Shown here: positions 37,456 to 49,793 of the stretch, piece after piece | Layout: each line of letters starts with the position of its first letter | How positions within the stretch are numbered: position 1 is the first letter of the stretch | Assembly: GCA_964252035.1 (NCBI GenBank) | Contig: OZ176204.1 | Length of the DNA stretch: 64,000 bases | Reading direction: 5' to 3' (one strand) | Source: Podarcis erhardii | Taxonomy: Eukaryota | Notes under the pieces: generated by a model | The model's database searches: none | The model's input: the letters and a program-made list of their open reading frames with translations, nothing else | What the model was told of the DNA's origin: nothing | Made by a program: the position numbers and the translations under genes

Positions 37456-38289
37456 ACAGTAAGAAGCATTGTGCAGAGGTTCATTCTGCCTTGGCATATC
37501 TCCACAGCAAAGAACAGATTTGGTTACGCCTTTAAAATAACCCAGTGCCAGAATGAATTTCCAGCCTCAACTTGGCCAGAACTGCATTGATGAAAGCAAA
37601 GCAATAGGTAGCAGTGGAAGAGTCGCCTTCTATTAACCTTGGCAACCACTAATGCCTGGTTCAGAGATGCTTCTTCAGCTCAGTATGCCAAAGACTTGTC
37701 ACAGAACAACATCAGACTTGTCAATTGATCTACTGAAAGCTGATGGCCTTCTGCTTGCGACAGACTCCTAGTTTCAGAGTCTTTGGGAAATGGCTTGTAT
37801 GCTGGACACAGGACTAATTTTTCCAAAGGCAGCATTGATGAGAGGACATGCATCTTGAAGGCAGTGCAGCTGGCCTCTTTCCATTACCATTAGAGCAGTG
37901 ATCCTAACCAGAATCAGGCTCCACTGCACTGCCTACTTTGCAGATTTAGAATGCCATCCTGAGCACTAGGAGTATCTGTATGGGTTGCAAGATACATTGT
38001 TAGCCAATGGAACAGCTGAAAAGCAGCAGCCCTGCTCCAGGAAGAACAACAAAAGAATGCTCTGCCCCTTTTCTTTCTATGGGCAAATACTAACTGTTAT
38101 GCAAGGGCCAAGATTACATTGCTTTCTACGGTTGTTTTGTGAGCGTCAGCTGAAGTGTTATTCTGCACACAGGAAAAAGAAAACGCACAAAGAAAACCAC
38201 CAGAGGGAAGATGTCAGTCAGGTTTTGCTGCATTTCTAAAGAGCTGAGAGAGAAGTGGAAGGAAGACTAAGGGTGATGGTCCTGTGTCC

Positions 38290-38415
38290 TCAGAAGTATG
38301 CCCCCAGGAGGACACATGCTTTCTGCAGGAGTTCTTTGTGGTTCACATAAAGCGGGATTCTCTTATCCACAACCTGCCACCGGACGGTCGCCTCCAGATC
38401 ACAGCCCTGAAGAAA
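38290..38415 (-). CDS. TRPM2: TRPM2 last coding exon (~32)
   Basis: ctgcag|TTT...TTC TGA; FLQGCDLEATVRWQVVDKRIPLYVNHKELLQKACVLLGAYF*; 126 nt. Confidence 0.95.
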   Translation of the reverse strand, partial: FLQGCDLEATVRWQVVDKRIPLYVNHKELLQKACVLLGAYF

Positions 38416-38543
38416 CTGCAGAAAGAAACCCCAAAAGGAATGTAGGTTACTGTCAGCTTCCTATCAGCCTCTCACAAGCCAAAGTCACAGTCCAAGTGAT
38501 ATGGGTAGATTCTCTCAGAACCATCAATACATCTACTAACAGG

Positions 38544-38587
38544 GTCTACCGGGTATTAGAACCTGTCTACCGGGTATTAGAACCTGT
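38544..38587. repeat. 21-bp tandem duplication
   Basis: gtctaccgggtattagaacct x2. Confidence 0.9.
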
Positions 38588-39074
38588 GGAAAATAGTCAA
38601 AACAGGCACTCTTGGGGCCTGCTCCACTTCTTTCTACTTTCTACTTTGTGCTATATATAGCACTGTGCTCTGCATCTGATTACACCAAGGTGTGCTAAAT
38701 ATTCCTCAGATTACAGCCCTCAGGAACTGCAATGCAATATTTTAATTACCGAGTAGTATTGGGTAATTATCTCTCACACACACTCAGACGCATACATGCA
38801 CACACAGAGAACCACCTCTCTAATATCTGCCCATTCATTTCTTCCAGTGATTTCTTTTTCTATGCCCTCAGCATCGTCTTTCTTAAGCTTCCCACATATT
38901 TTCACTTGGCACCATGCCCATTCTGATGCTTAAGATCTAAGGAGCTGCCCTTTCTCCCTCTTACACAGCAAGATTTCATGCCATGGTTTCTGCAAAACCT
39001 GGGGCTTTCATCCCACTACCTCTAGAGGAGAATTTTGTGGCATAAGGGTAATAAGGGTGCATTATGGCATGTAC

Positions 39075-39191
39075 CGAATTCATACGCTTCATCTCCACAT
39101 CATTATGCTCTTCAAAGTGCACACTAATGGCCACCGTTTCTATCCAGGCATTGTCTGTGTTCCTGGGGTCATCCACATACCCTTTGTATAC
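39075..39191 (-). CDS. TRPM2: TRPM2 exon ~31
   Basis: ttctag|GTA...TCG|gtacat; [39 protein letters not shown]; 117 nt. Confidence 0.95.
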
Positions 39192-39895
39192 CTAGAAGTA
39201 GGTGAATGAAGGGTAGATGGAAAAAGAGAAGACATAATGTATGGACTCTTCCTAAAGTTGGTGATCATTATGTTCTAAAGATCTCTCCAAATGATTGAAG
39301 TGAAGAGTAGATATTAAAGTAGCTTTTCCAAGGGCATGGTGGCTTTGCTCCTTTATTAAAGAAAATACACCTCAACCAAAGTTCCCAAGGATGTAAGGTT
39401 AGTACCAGGCAGCAATTAGATTTCATCAGACTCCTATAGTTACAACTACCAAGTCAAGCTTACCAGTTGTTTCCTCCATCTTTCTCTTCCGCACCATGTC
39501 TCTGTGTCAGCTTTCTATACTGGGCCTTTTAGGGAGGAATCACTGTGTGGATCTCGGGTTAAGGGCTCATGGGAAAGCATGACAGAGTCTACTCTGCTTC
39601 AGCACCCCAGCCCACAGATGTGATCTAAGGCAGCAGTTGAGGAGTGTATGACCAGAGGAGTGTCCACAGGAAATTGCAAAGTACTGGTGAATTGTCTGGA
39701 GCCTGAAACCTCCTCTTCATTTTTAAAACACTATTGATTTAAGACTATGTCATGTGCCCATTTGGTGCATCATGCCCCAAAGCCTAATGGAATGTAGTTC
39801 CCCACCATCTTCTCATACATTATTTTGGGAGTGGGGCAAAGGGGTTCACTGACAATGTCCTTGTTTCTGTCAAGCCCCACTGGTGCTCAAAGTAC

Positions 39896-39997
39896 CTCTG
39901 TACCCTGATTCAGCAATTTCTGAAATTGTGGCCAGAATTCCCGTCTTAGGACCCGCTTCAACTTCTGTGGCAAAGCTTCCCCTGGCTCTAAAGATCC
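39896..39997 (-). CDS. TRPM2: TRPM2 exon ~30 (vestigial Nudix box)
   Basis: ttccag|GGA...GAG|gtactt; GSLEPGEALPQKLKRVLRREFWPQFQKLLNQGTE; 102 nt. Confidence 0.94.
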
Positions 39998-40488
39998 CTG
40001 GAAGAAAAATCAAAACATTACTTGATATAAGAAGCAGCTAAAGCTTTCCACATAGTATGTTCCAAGATACTAGGCCAAGAAAGGAGTTTCTATCTGGTTT
40101 CCAGCTGGCAAACGTTTCTTGGAGTTGCAGGAAAGTATGCCTTTCAAGTGAATGAGTATTACAGTCAAATCTTGGAAACTCAAACAAGAAAGCTAGAACC
40201 TCTGGCTTGAACTTTTAAGAACCAATCAGACAAAAGATACACCTAACACAACAATCAGTGGGAGCTCACTGGCACAAGGCTAAGAAAGAAGGTCAGCTTA
40301 GCATAGTTTTAGTGCCCTGTTGTTTCGAAAGGCTTTTTAGGGTTGGCATTTTCTATGGCAGAACCCCTGGAATGCAACTATGATTGTTTTACAGCTCATG
40401 TAATTTATCACTCTGACTTTAATAAAACCTTGGCATACACCTCCCTTCTTCAGATATGGGCTAGATGTGAAGAAATATAACTACTTAC

Positions 40489-40594
40489 CCCAGGCAAAGC
40501 CCAATGATCCGAAAAGGGAAATTTTACTATTAAGACTTCCAGCATTTTCTTTAAGCTTTTTCTATAAATGGATCCATCCACATTCCTCCTCCAG
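40489..40594 (-). CDS. TRPM2: TRPM2 exon ~29
   Basis: ttgtag|C...GGG|gtaagt; (R)WRRNVDGSIYRKSLKKMLEVLIVKFPFSDHWALPG; 106 nt. Confidence 0.95.
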
Positions 40595-41426
40595 CTACAA
40601 ATACCACAGAGAAAGATGTTACAGAGTATTATCCCATGGTTTTGAAGACACTTGATACAATGACTTTGAGGCAGCTATGCAGATCTGGATCTGGACACTC
40701 TCTGGATGGAAGACCACATGGGAACTCAACATATGCTGCCTTGAGTTGTGTAATGGAAAAAAGACAGGATATAGCTATCATTCTATGTATACATGCATCT
40801 TAAAAAATGATAGTGAGAAGTCTCTGCACCACAGCCTCTGTGATGGATTTCTCTGGTGCCTGTGAAGTGTTCTCAGCTTCAAATACAATTTCTTTGATGT
40901 AGTTCCCGGACACAAGGACAAAACGCTGCTTTTTGGAAGCAAGAAAGTGTCTTCTGAAGCAAGGAAGCTATCTGCAGCCCACATGACCTGCATCAGTCAG
41001 TTTTCAGGCTAGGGACATCCATGTTTCTTTTCCTGGCCTGTTGTTGTCATGGATACAGCACTTACTCCTGCAAAGGCGCTGCATTTATCAGCTAAGGCTC
41101 AAAAGTGCTCTGAAAATAGGCAGGGCACTTTACAGTATTAACTTGTGAAAAGCAGACTGCTTGTGGATGAGTACAAGTCTGAAGTGAGGAAAAAAATGCA
41201 TCTTGCTGCTCTCAAAATAACCTGGTGAAATTGCCCTTGATTGGAACCAAGAACTGAGGAGTAAGAACAGTCTCCTGCCCTTTATTGGAAATCAAAGTAT
41301 AAATCATGTTAACATTTCATTTATAGCTTATTTTGTGGTTTCTCACAAAGTCCTGAGCACAGATACACCAACTTAGAGTAGAAGACTACACTTACAGGGA
41401 TGAGAAATGGCACCCTATCTACTCAC

Positions 41427-41513
41427 CGTGTCACAACAGGATGAAGAGCATGATTTGGTCCAAAGAACCGAAGAATACCTTGGCCCTTCAGGCCTGTCCT
41501 TCCCATGGGATTC
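41427..41513 (-). CDS. TRPM2: TRPM2 exon ~28
   Basis: ttatag|G...ACA CG|gtgagt; (L)[28 protein letters not shown]; 87 nt. Confidence 0.94.
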
Positions 41514-41602
41514 CTATAAAAATATTAAAAGAACTATGTTGCTGCTGGTGTGATGTGGGCAACATAATGAAGATTCCCACTCTTGTTACCAGACTCACTC
41601 AC

Positions 41603-41704
41603 AGTGGCAGGCCGTCCTCAATAAGATAGGTGCCATGGAAGCTCTGTCTGTTGATATCTCCATCCATACTGTTGAAGTTTATCCTTGAAAGATTCTCTAA
41701 AGAG
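41603..41704 (-). CDS. TRPM2: TRPM2 exon ~27
   Basis: ctttcag|C...CCA CT|gtgagt; (D)SLENLSRINFNSMDGDINRQSFHGTYLIEDGLP; 102 nt, phase 2-2. Confidence 0.93.
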
Positions 41705-41782
41705 CTGAAAGACAGGGGCAAAGCTTTCATCTCCGCAACATGTTGAGTCAATGAAAATCAAACCCAAAGTAGTTTACCAGTA

Positions 41783-42157
41783 CAGTGGTACCTCGCAAGA
41801 CGAAATTAATTCGTTCTGCGAGTTTTTTCGTCTTGCGATTTTTTCGTCTTGCGAAGCACGGACTTTGGAAAAGCTTCAAAAATCACCAAAGTCTTCAAAA
41901 ACCTCAAAAAATGCTACCACACTGCATGCTATGAGTTGCTCCTCGAAGTCAAGTTGCAACTGCACCCCCTGAATGCACGGTTTTAAGAAAAAGGAAACAA
42001 ACTTGCAAGACAAAGGAAACAAACTTGCAAGACGTTTTCGTCTTGCGAAGCAAGCCCATAGGGAAATTTGTCTTGTGAAGCAACTCAAAAAACGAAAAAC
42101 TCTTTCGTCTTGCGAGTTTTTCGTCTTACAAGGCATTCGTCTTGCGAGGTACCACTG
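41783..42157. mobile_element. Tc1/mariner-type MITE (CAGTGGTACCTCG termini)
   Basis: TA|CAGTGGTACCTCGCAAGACGAA...TTCGTCTTGCGAGGTACCACTG|TA; internal repeated cgtcttgcga units; CpGs retained, so probably young. Confidence 0.9.
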
Positions 42158-42268
42158 TACAACGAAATACAATCACTAGAAGATGGGTGGCATAAACAGA
42201 GGAAGAAAGAGCAAAAACAGTACAGATACAGTGTGTGTATGTTTCTGACTCTCTGAGGACATACATAC

Positions 42269-42345
42269 TCTTTCAGGAAGTCAGGTGAAGCATTCTCCTG
42301 CCTTTCTGCACTGTAGAAGGGAGGGTTGTAGATCTCAAACTCTAC
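42269..42345 (-). CDS. TRPM2: TRPM2 exon ~26
   Basis: ctgacag|GTA...AAA GA|gtatgt; VEFEIYNPPFYSAERQENASPDFLK; 77 nt. Confidence 0.93.
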
Positions 42346-43220
42346 CTGTCAGGGGGAAAGGATGTTTTAGACATATCTCAGAGTCTTCCAGAGTAGCACA
42401 AATTCACATTTCAAGCATGATCTATTATTAAGAACCCAGAAGCAAGAACTCAAGAGTTCTTCATTTATGACTTTTCTTGTATCTAAATTCCGAAGTGTGT
42501 TTTTCTTTGTTTGGCAGCTCTGACAATACTCCCAGAGCTAATGTGCCACATGTTTTTGCTTGTTTTTTCCTGCTCTGTTGTGTTACTGTATGTTAGATAT
42601 GATTGTTATTCATACTTTTATCTTGTTATGATCTTGTGAGCCACCATGAAAGCTTGTTAGCTTAGGGCAGCATATACAATCTTAATAAACAAGTAAGTGT
42701 TTTCTCATGCATGAGCAATGCACCCATGGCAAAAACTGCAAACGGGCTCTCTTCAGACCCCTCTTATTGTGCCAAGGGAAGCTGACAATATTGCTACCAT
42801 CAACTTTCAGTGAAGGTTGAACCCAAAGCCAATTCTGTGGGGGGGGGGGTGCAGGCACGCGCATGCACACACACATTCTAATTGAAGTCTATAGGCATCA
42901 TATATACACTACAAATATGTGTATCACCTCTCCATATATATTTTTTGCCAGTTTAATTGACATGGCTTCTCCTGTGTCAGAACTATAGAATGTGAGAGTA
43001 TGGCAAATTCTTGCTAGAAATTTCTAATGCCCCTGTCCTCACTGAAGGACAGTTTGCAGGGTTCACTGGGGAGAGGTGGTGGCTATTAAACCATCTTAAG
43101 ATTGTAATATAGCTCTGCTCTCAGTCATGCACAACCGTGGTCACATATAATGACTTATGGCATCATTCCTTCTTTTTTATATGAAACCATATCTTGCTCC
43201 CTAAGATATAAAGCTCCTAC

Positions 43221-43372
43221 CTCCCAAGGCACCTTCTCATCTGGTACAGGAAAGCAGACAGCAGTGGAGCTGGGATACATGAGGTTCCTGGCGCTCACAT
43301 GATACATGGTGTCAAAAGATTCTGGGACATCCTCTTCATGGCATTCCTTCATCTCAGGGGCTCTGCTAGGAA
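43221..43372 (-). CDS. TRPM2: TRPM2 exon ~25 (linker, start of NUDT9-H)
   Basis: gacctag|TT...GAG|gtagga (acceptor chosen by phase); (V)PSRAPEMKECHEEDVPESFDTMYHVSARNLMYPSSTAVCFPVPDEKVPWE; 152 nt. Confidence 0.88.
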
Positions 43373-44320
43373 CTAGGTCAAACAAGATGACTTCTTCACA
43401 CTCCACATATTCAAACTGTGGATCTCGCCATGCCATGCTTTTGTGTCTCTATATTTTTGGAATTTATTTTATTTCCAGCCAACCAACCACTGCTGGAAGA
43501 CAGTATTCTGATATACTCTTTTACTCAAAACTGGTTAGATTAAGGCAAATTCTATCACACTCATTGTCTACAATTCTGTTTGTGTAGTCTTTCCTCCTAA
43601 TGAAACAAGTTTTCCTCGTACAGGTATAATTCAATCAGCAAAAAAAGTTACATTTCAGCATGTTAAGTGTTTTCCATGTTTTCTCAAGCTGCAAAAAGCA
43701 AGGAAATTACAGCAGTTAAGGTCCACACCTAACAGATGCATTATTTAGGTAATATGGTATGGTATCCTATTGAGCATCACCACTACCTTGGATCTGGATG
43801 GCTGTCAGTGGTAGACCTCAGTCCCAGATTTGTCTGTTTACTTAGGGTTGCCATACATCTGGAATTTCCTGGACATATCCAGAATACTGGACATATGGCA
43901 GCCCATGCCGGCAGTGCCGTTTTTGCCGATTAGCTCAAAAAATTTGTTTGCTATTTTGCCAAAATGCTCAACAACTTTTCTGTCCAGATCTTCACTGTTT
44001 GAAATATGACAGCGCTAGTTTACTAGAACTGACACATGGATAAATAATCAAAATTGCCATGTCCAGGGAAAGTACTGCTCGGTATAGCTCAAACTAAGTT
44101 GGGCAATTGGCCCATCTCAGGTCCACTTCTTGTGACACATTTTGCACTCAGGTTCCAAAAACCAAGTAGAAAATAGAGTACACACATTTCACTTCCGTTA
44201 TGAACAATAGCATTTGTGTGTGCATGTATAATTCACAATGTTTCTCTTATAAAATACATGCAGGGGAAGCGGAAGGACAAATATGTCTTGAAAACCTGAA
44301 AACAATTCATGCTGTTCCCT

Positions 44321-44466
44321 CATAGAACTGTTGAGTTGGAAGGGACCACAAGGCTAATCAAATCCAACCTGCTGCAATGTGGGAATATTTTGCTCAATGT
44401 GGGGCTCCAGACCACAACCCTGAAAGTAAGAGTCTCATGCTCTACTGACTGAGCTATCCCAGCAGT
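44321..44466 (-). mobile_element. tRNA-Lys(CTT)-derived SINE with CR1-type 3' tail
   Basis: Reverse complement: gggatagctcagtcagtagagcatgagactCTTactttcagggttgtggtctggagccccacattg, then ggttggatttgattagccttgtggtcccttccaactcaacagttctatg, which resembles the tail of the CR1 at 25385-25439. Confidence 0.85.
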
Positions 44467-44587
44467 CGTAAGTGATGAGTACAAAGTAGGTATATACCAC
44501 AAGTATCAGAATCAAAATTTTATACAAATATATATATAGAGAGAGAGAGGAAACAGTCCTCAGACTCATATTTGTAGCCAGACATAC

Positions 44588-44675
44588 CTATGGTGGGGAC
44601 ATCTTCTTCTGATCCAAACCCACTGCTTGACAGTGAGTGAACCACCCACCGCAGTGCCTTTGAAAACTGGAACAT
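44588..44675 (-). CDS. TRPM2: TRPM2 exon ~24
   Basis: ttttag|ATG...ATA G|gtatgt; MFQFSKALRWVVHSLSSSGFGSEEDVPTI resembles human VAQTAQALHWIVRTLRASGFSSEADVPTL; 88 nt. Confidence 0.9.
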
Positions 44676-45180
44676 CTAAAAAGAAGAAGCCCATCAAACT
44701 TGTTAAGGCCTGCACTCATCAACCAGCACCTCTGTCCAGAAAGGGGGGTAGGGAGGGAGAAGATAAGTCTGTTGAGTGAGTCTAGGTCCCCAAAAAGGAA
44801 CTTGGGAACGATATTTTCTCCAATTTTGGTCCAGGAAACACATTGTTCTTACTGGTGAATCATTCATGGATCTCCCTTCTTCCCTAGAGAACATCCTCTC
44901 CACTTAGATAAGGTTAATCATGTAGGTGAGCAGACAATTGGCCACATTTCCTCTGGCTAGTTAATGGCAGAAAGAAGCTGGCACTTAAGAGACTCCTCTG
45001 TATGGAAACCTCTGTAATGCAGTGAAGTAATGTGGCTGACACAAGATAGGGCACCTGATCTTATTTTCTTCCCACCCTTTCCAGTTTCCTGACATTGACT
45101 GACAAGCTTCAGTTCACCCCATCCTCCTCATGAGCCTTCAGCATTCTCCACGTGGTGAAGTCTTAAAAGTCACCCCTCAC

Positions 45181-45268
45181 CTGCTCTTCCAGATACGCCA
45201 ACTTCTGCTCCACCAGGCCTGTCCTTTTCACCCGATCGAGATCCAGCATTTCTACCAGCATATCCATT
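45181..45268 (-). CDS. TRPM2: TRPM2 exon ~23 (coiled coil)
   Basis: cccaag|A...CAG|gtgagg; (R)MDMLVEMLDLDRVKRTGLVEQKLAYLEEQ; 88 nt. Confidence 0.93.
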
Positions 45269-45654
45269 CTTGGGGGAACAAAATCAGTGTTAAGTGAGAG
45301 GTGCAGGCAGTATCCTATGGACAGCCACTGAGTCCTCAAAACCTGCCATTTAGGTGTGTCATTTATAGCTCCAATGGATGTTTTTCTATGACTGTCCATG
45401 GGGATCACCTCTAAAATGGAGTCTGGGCTTATGACACTAATTTCCACAGTTAAGTGGTATTCTAAGTCATGATGAACAAATTGCAGTAGGATAGGGCAGG
45501 GCAATGGTGAGGACTTCTGGCAGCTGCAAGGCCTTAAGAGCAGTATGCATGAGTGAAGTGCTAGCTGCACCAGGTTCTTTTGAGTTGTACCCATGAGCAG
45601 CATACCCAGTTGGTCTGGCATTGGTGACTACTTAGCATGGCAAGGATACCTCAC

Positions 45655-45787
45655 CTTTCTGCAGTGTCACTGATCTTCTGTTCAGTGTTCTGCTTCTGTT
45701 GAGACTGTTGAAGCTGCAGGTAGTTTTCCTTCATGTACATCTCCCAGGATAAGAGAGCTGCCTCTTCATTCTTCTCAAGCTTCTCCT
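45655..45787 (-). CDS. TRPM2: TRPM2 exon ~22
   Basis: ctgcag|AG...GAA AG|gtgagg; (K)EKLEKNEEAALLSWEMYMKENYLQLQQSQQKQNTEQKISDTAE; 133 nt. Confidence 0.94.
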
Positions 45788-46275
45788 CTGCAGATCAATC
45801 AAACAGAAGAAGCAATGTAATGTACACAGTTCCCAGTTATGGAAGAGGAGAGGCAGATTGGCCATCCCTTGAATCCAATGTATAAAACAATATTCCTTTC
45901 TCTAATAAGATTAAAGCTGTTGATGTAGACATTCCCGTTGTTGCCTTTAAACATTCTGTGCTACCCTCACATGTTGTGCATACCATAATGTCATAGGAGT
46001 AGGAATTACATGAAGAAAGGCACAGAGGAGACTGAGGTACCAGCCAGCCAAGCAACATTGCTGCTGTTTTCCAGGGTCCGCTCAGAGAACCAATGGCTCT
46101 GGTGTCCCATGTTATAGCACATGCTTCAATCTCCTCCCTTCCAGTATTGATGAATGTCACAGATCATCATAAAAATGGTCAGCAGTGATGGAGGGGGTAT
46201 TATCATATCATAACTCCAGTCAAGCTGACCCTGCAACACCCACTCTGCAAGGCCCTACCCAACAGAGCTTCTTAC

Positions 46276-46457
46276 TGAGTTGCTTATGCCGTGTGGCTGG
46301 CTTCCGGAGAATGAATCGCTTGATGAAGAGCTGAAGGTGGTTGAGAAGAATGAAGGGTGGTGGAGCAGGGGGCCTGCCATGGTACTCCTCAATCAGGTCA
46401 TGGCGCTGAAACTTCCAGATTTGATCAGTGTGCTCCTGCACCTGCTGGAATGTGTAG
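46276..46457 (-). CDS. TRPM2: TRPM2 exon ~21 (TRP helix)
   Basis: ctcccag|C...CTC A|gtaaga; (N)YTFQQVQEHTDQIWKFQRHDLIEEYHGRPPAPPPFILLNHLQLFIKRFILRKPATRHKQL; 182 nt. Confidence 0.96.
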
Positions 46458-46875
46458 CTGGGAGAAAATAATACAAGAGTTAGCTCTGCCACTCTGTGGT
46501 TGTAATTTAAATACATCTAGAGTGTGGTGGTCCTCTCCTAAACATCCCACAAGTAGTGGTGGAGGGGCAAAGTTTTGCAGAAGCACATCTCCATTCTGAA
46601 TAGTGGAGGCATCTTGCAGAACTGCCTGCTACTATCCATTAATACTACCTCTGCTTAGCTGCTCAAGTGATGTCCTGAACTGGCCCATGCAACCTCTAGT
46701 TGGGTTCTGTGCATGTTGCAATTTGGCAACCTGGGCTTGATGTAAATCACAAGAAGCTTAGTTGATCAAAGGGCAGTGACCATGACAGGTTTTCTAGGCC
46801 TGTCAGTCTCATTGTTGTTAGAAATGAACTAAGGGGAAAGAAATGATAGAAGTTGGTGCTGAATGTAGAACTCAC

Positions 46876-47059
46876 TTGAACATTGCAATGAGGAGATTGA
46901 GGAGAAGGATGTTGGTGAATAGCAGGTACAGGCAGAGCAAGATGACTGTCAGCCACTCAGGGAAGATGGGCTGTTGATTTGTCTCATTGTTTTCCGGGCA
47001 CTTGGGCTTGTATGGGTCAGTACCATTTGGGCTGCACTGATCTGGGTTGAAGTTCACTC
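46876..47059 (-). CDS. TRPM2: TRPM2 exon ~20 (outer pore loop, S6)
   Basis: tggcag|GA...TTC AA|gtgagt; (G)VNFNPDQCSPNGTDPYKPKCPENNETNQQPIFPEWLTVILLCLYLLFTNILLLNLLIAMF; 184 nt. Confidence 0.96.
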
Positions 47060-48345
47060 CTGCCATAAAACACAATGAACCTCAAAAGTGCTGAGCTGTT
47101 CCTGGAACAGGAAGTCCTCATCCTATTTTCTTGCCTGCTGAGAGTAATCTGAAATGCCATATCTATAACACAGAATGACAGACGTCAAGCTCTGTTTAGA
47201 GTTTAGAAAACAAAGTTTTTCGAAGGTATGGAATGAATGACTCAGTCCTTTACTGACTGATATGAAAGCAGGAGCTAATCTGAGAGGAGATTCACATAAT
47301 CACACACTTTTCTTCCTCCCTCTGAGAAATGTTATTAAAGATGTGCTGCCAGTGAATTGCTGCCAGAGACATGTCACAGGAGCTCATCTCCTGGGGACCC
47401 TGTATTTGCTTGACGTGCTATTTATAGCAGTAGCCTAAGAACAAGGGCTGAGAAACCCAGTGATGTAGCTGCCTTGGGACTAAGAAGCAAATATTGGTGC
47501 ATATACTTCAGATGATACTTAATCAAACCAGAACTTACATAACACAAGAGGCACCACTGGGATAATTTTATCACACGTACAAGGTCAGCAACACATGATA
47601 ACAGCATGATGGTTGCTTATGCCAGAGCAGTCTCAATCAAAAGCATATTAGGTAGCGATATTTTTCTAAAAAGCTTGATTATCGCATGCTTACTTAGTTA
47701 ACGATTGCTTGCACCATTGCTTCATATTTACTGTTTTTTATACAGTGCCCCCATGTGAGGTCAGGTCTGGGCCTATTTGGAATACAGTCAGCCCACAACT
47801 TACACATTCCTGGGATTATGCCTAAAGCCAAATTTTGTATAGTCAAAACACATTGGGTTTGATTGCAGGTGGGGTTGCCAAAGTGTTTTTTCCCAGATGC
47901 TCACCCCCTTTCAATTTTTTTGGGATTATTTTTTGCCAAACATATAAGTTATGAGCTTACTGTATACAGGCATCCTCCTACTTACACGGGGGTTACATTC
48001 TAGGCCCCCACATGCATAAGCAAAAATTGTGTAAGTGAGGAGCATCCTCCAAAAAGCCTCTAAACTTGTTTTTTCCTACTCTTCTGCTCTCTCTCCACAC
48101 AACTCTTCAACCAGAGTTGAAGCTCCGATGGTAGCTGGAGGCTGCACAGAAAAGCTGCTGCCCTACCCTGTGTTTCAGCTGTTAAGTGGGGACTCTGAGC
48201 AGTCTAGACAAAGCCTCGCTGCATCTCAGATCTCTTTGGGACTTTCTACGCCCTCACTGAAGTTCTCTTCAGGCTCCAAAGAGAGTCCCCTTGTGAGCCA
48301 AGGGGACTCTCCAGCTGTCTACTGCCATTTCCTGGTTTGAATCTA

Positions 48346-49057
<712 letters not shown>

Positions 49058-49684
49058 TTACCAAAGGACCCATATATCTCTGCACTAGTGTCCAACCTGC
49101 TGCAGCAAACAACTGTCATTCAAATAAACAAAGGGGATTGCGCATATGCTCCTGCTACAACTATTTCCTAAGGCAAACCAAGCACAGCAGCCAAAAGATG
49201 TAAAATACCCATAGAAATAGAAGAGGCTTAGAGGCTTAGAGGGAACTGAGTTGGGAGTTTCAGGAGTGAGATTAGATCTCCAACCAGGAAAAGAGCAGCA
49301 AGTGATGCCAAATGCTCAACAATTCCAGTCCTGCCAATTCATGAAAGAGCCAGTTAAAGGGAACTGTGGCATAGCAGGCAGCAGCTTTGCATACATAAAT
49401 GTACTTATTTTTCTAGACCATGCTTCTGAGAGATGTCAGAGCTGCTTCCTAAAAATGATCAGTGAGGATGACTGTCATATCTTCCACAACCAGGGCGCTG
49501 CCACTAGGGTGGCCCTATTCTGCATCATAGCAAGATGGATAAAGCCATCAGGATGATCAGAAGAGTCTTCCCTGAATAACACAGGGCCTGATTTGAGAGG
49601 TAAGGGGAGAGATTGTCTTTCAAGAGTTTGGGCCCTTAGTCATTTAGGGTTTTATATGCTAATATCAACATGTTGAATTGGGCC

Positions 49685-49793
49685 TGGTAGCAAATGGGCA
49701 GCTTATAAGCTTCCTCATACATTGATCTAAAGGGGTAGCAAATGGTAGCAAATGGGCAGCTTATAAGCTTCCTCATACATTGATCTAAAGGGG
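49685..49793. repeat. Tandem duplication, 51-bp perfect unit, period 58
   Basis: tggtagcaaatgggcagcttataagcttcctcatacattgatctaaagggg x2 separated by tagcaaa. Confidence 0.9.

Noticed and set aside
44395-44466. tRNA-Lys(CTT) gene
   Set aside because: B box is degenerate, the acceptor stem does not pair, and it continues into a CR1-type tail: a SINE head.
45269-45621. Long N-terminal part of ORF 45163..45621
   Set aside because: Only 45181-45268 is TRPM2 exon ~23; the rest is intronic open frame without homology.
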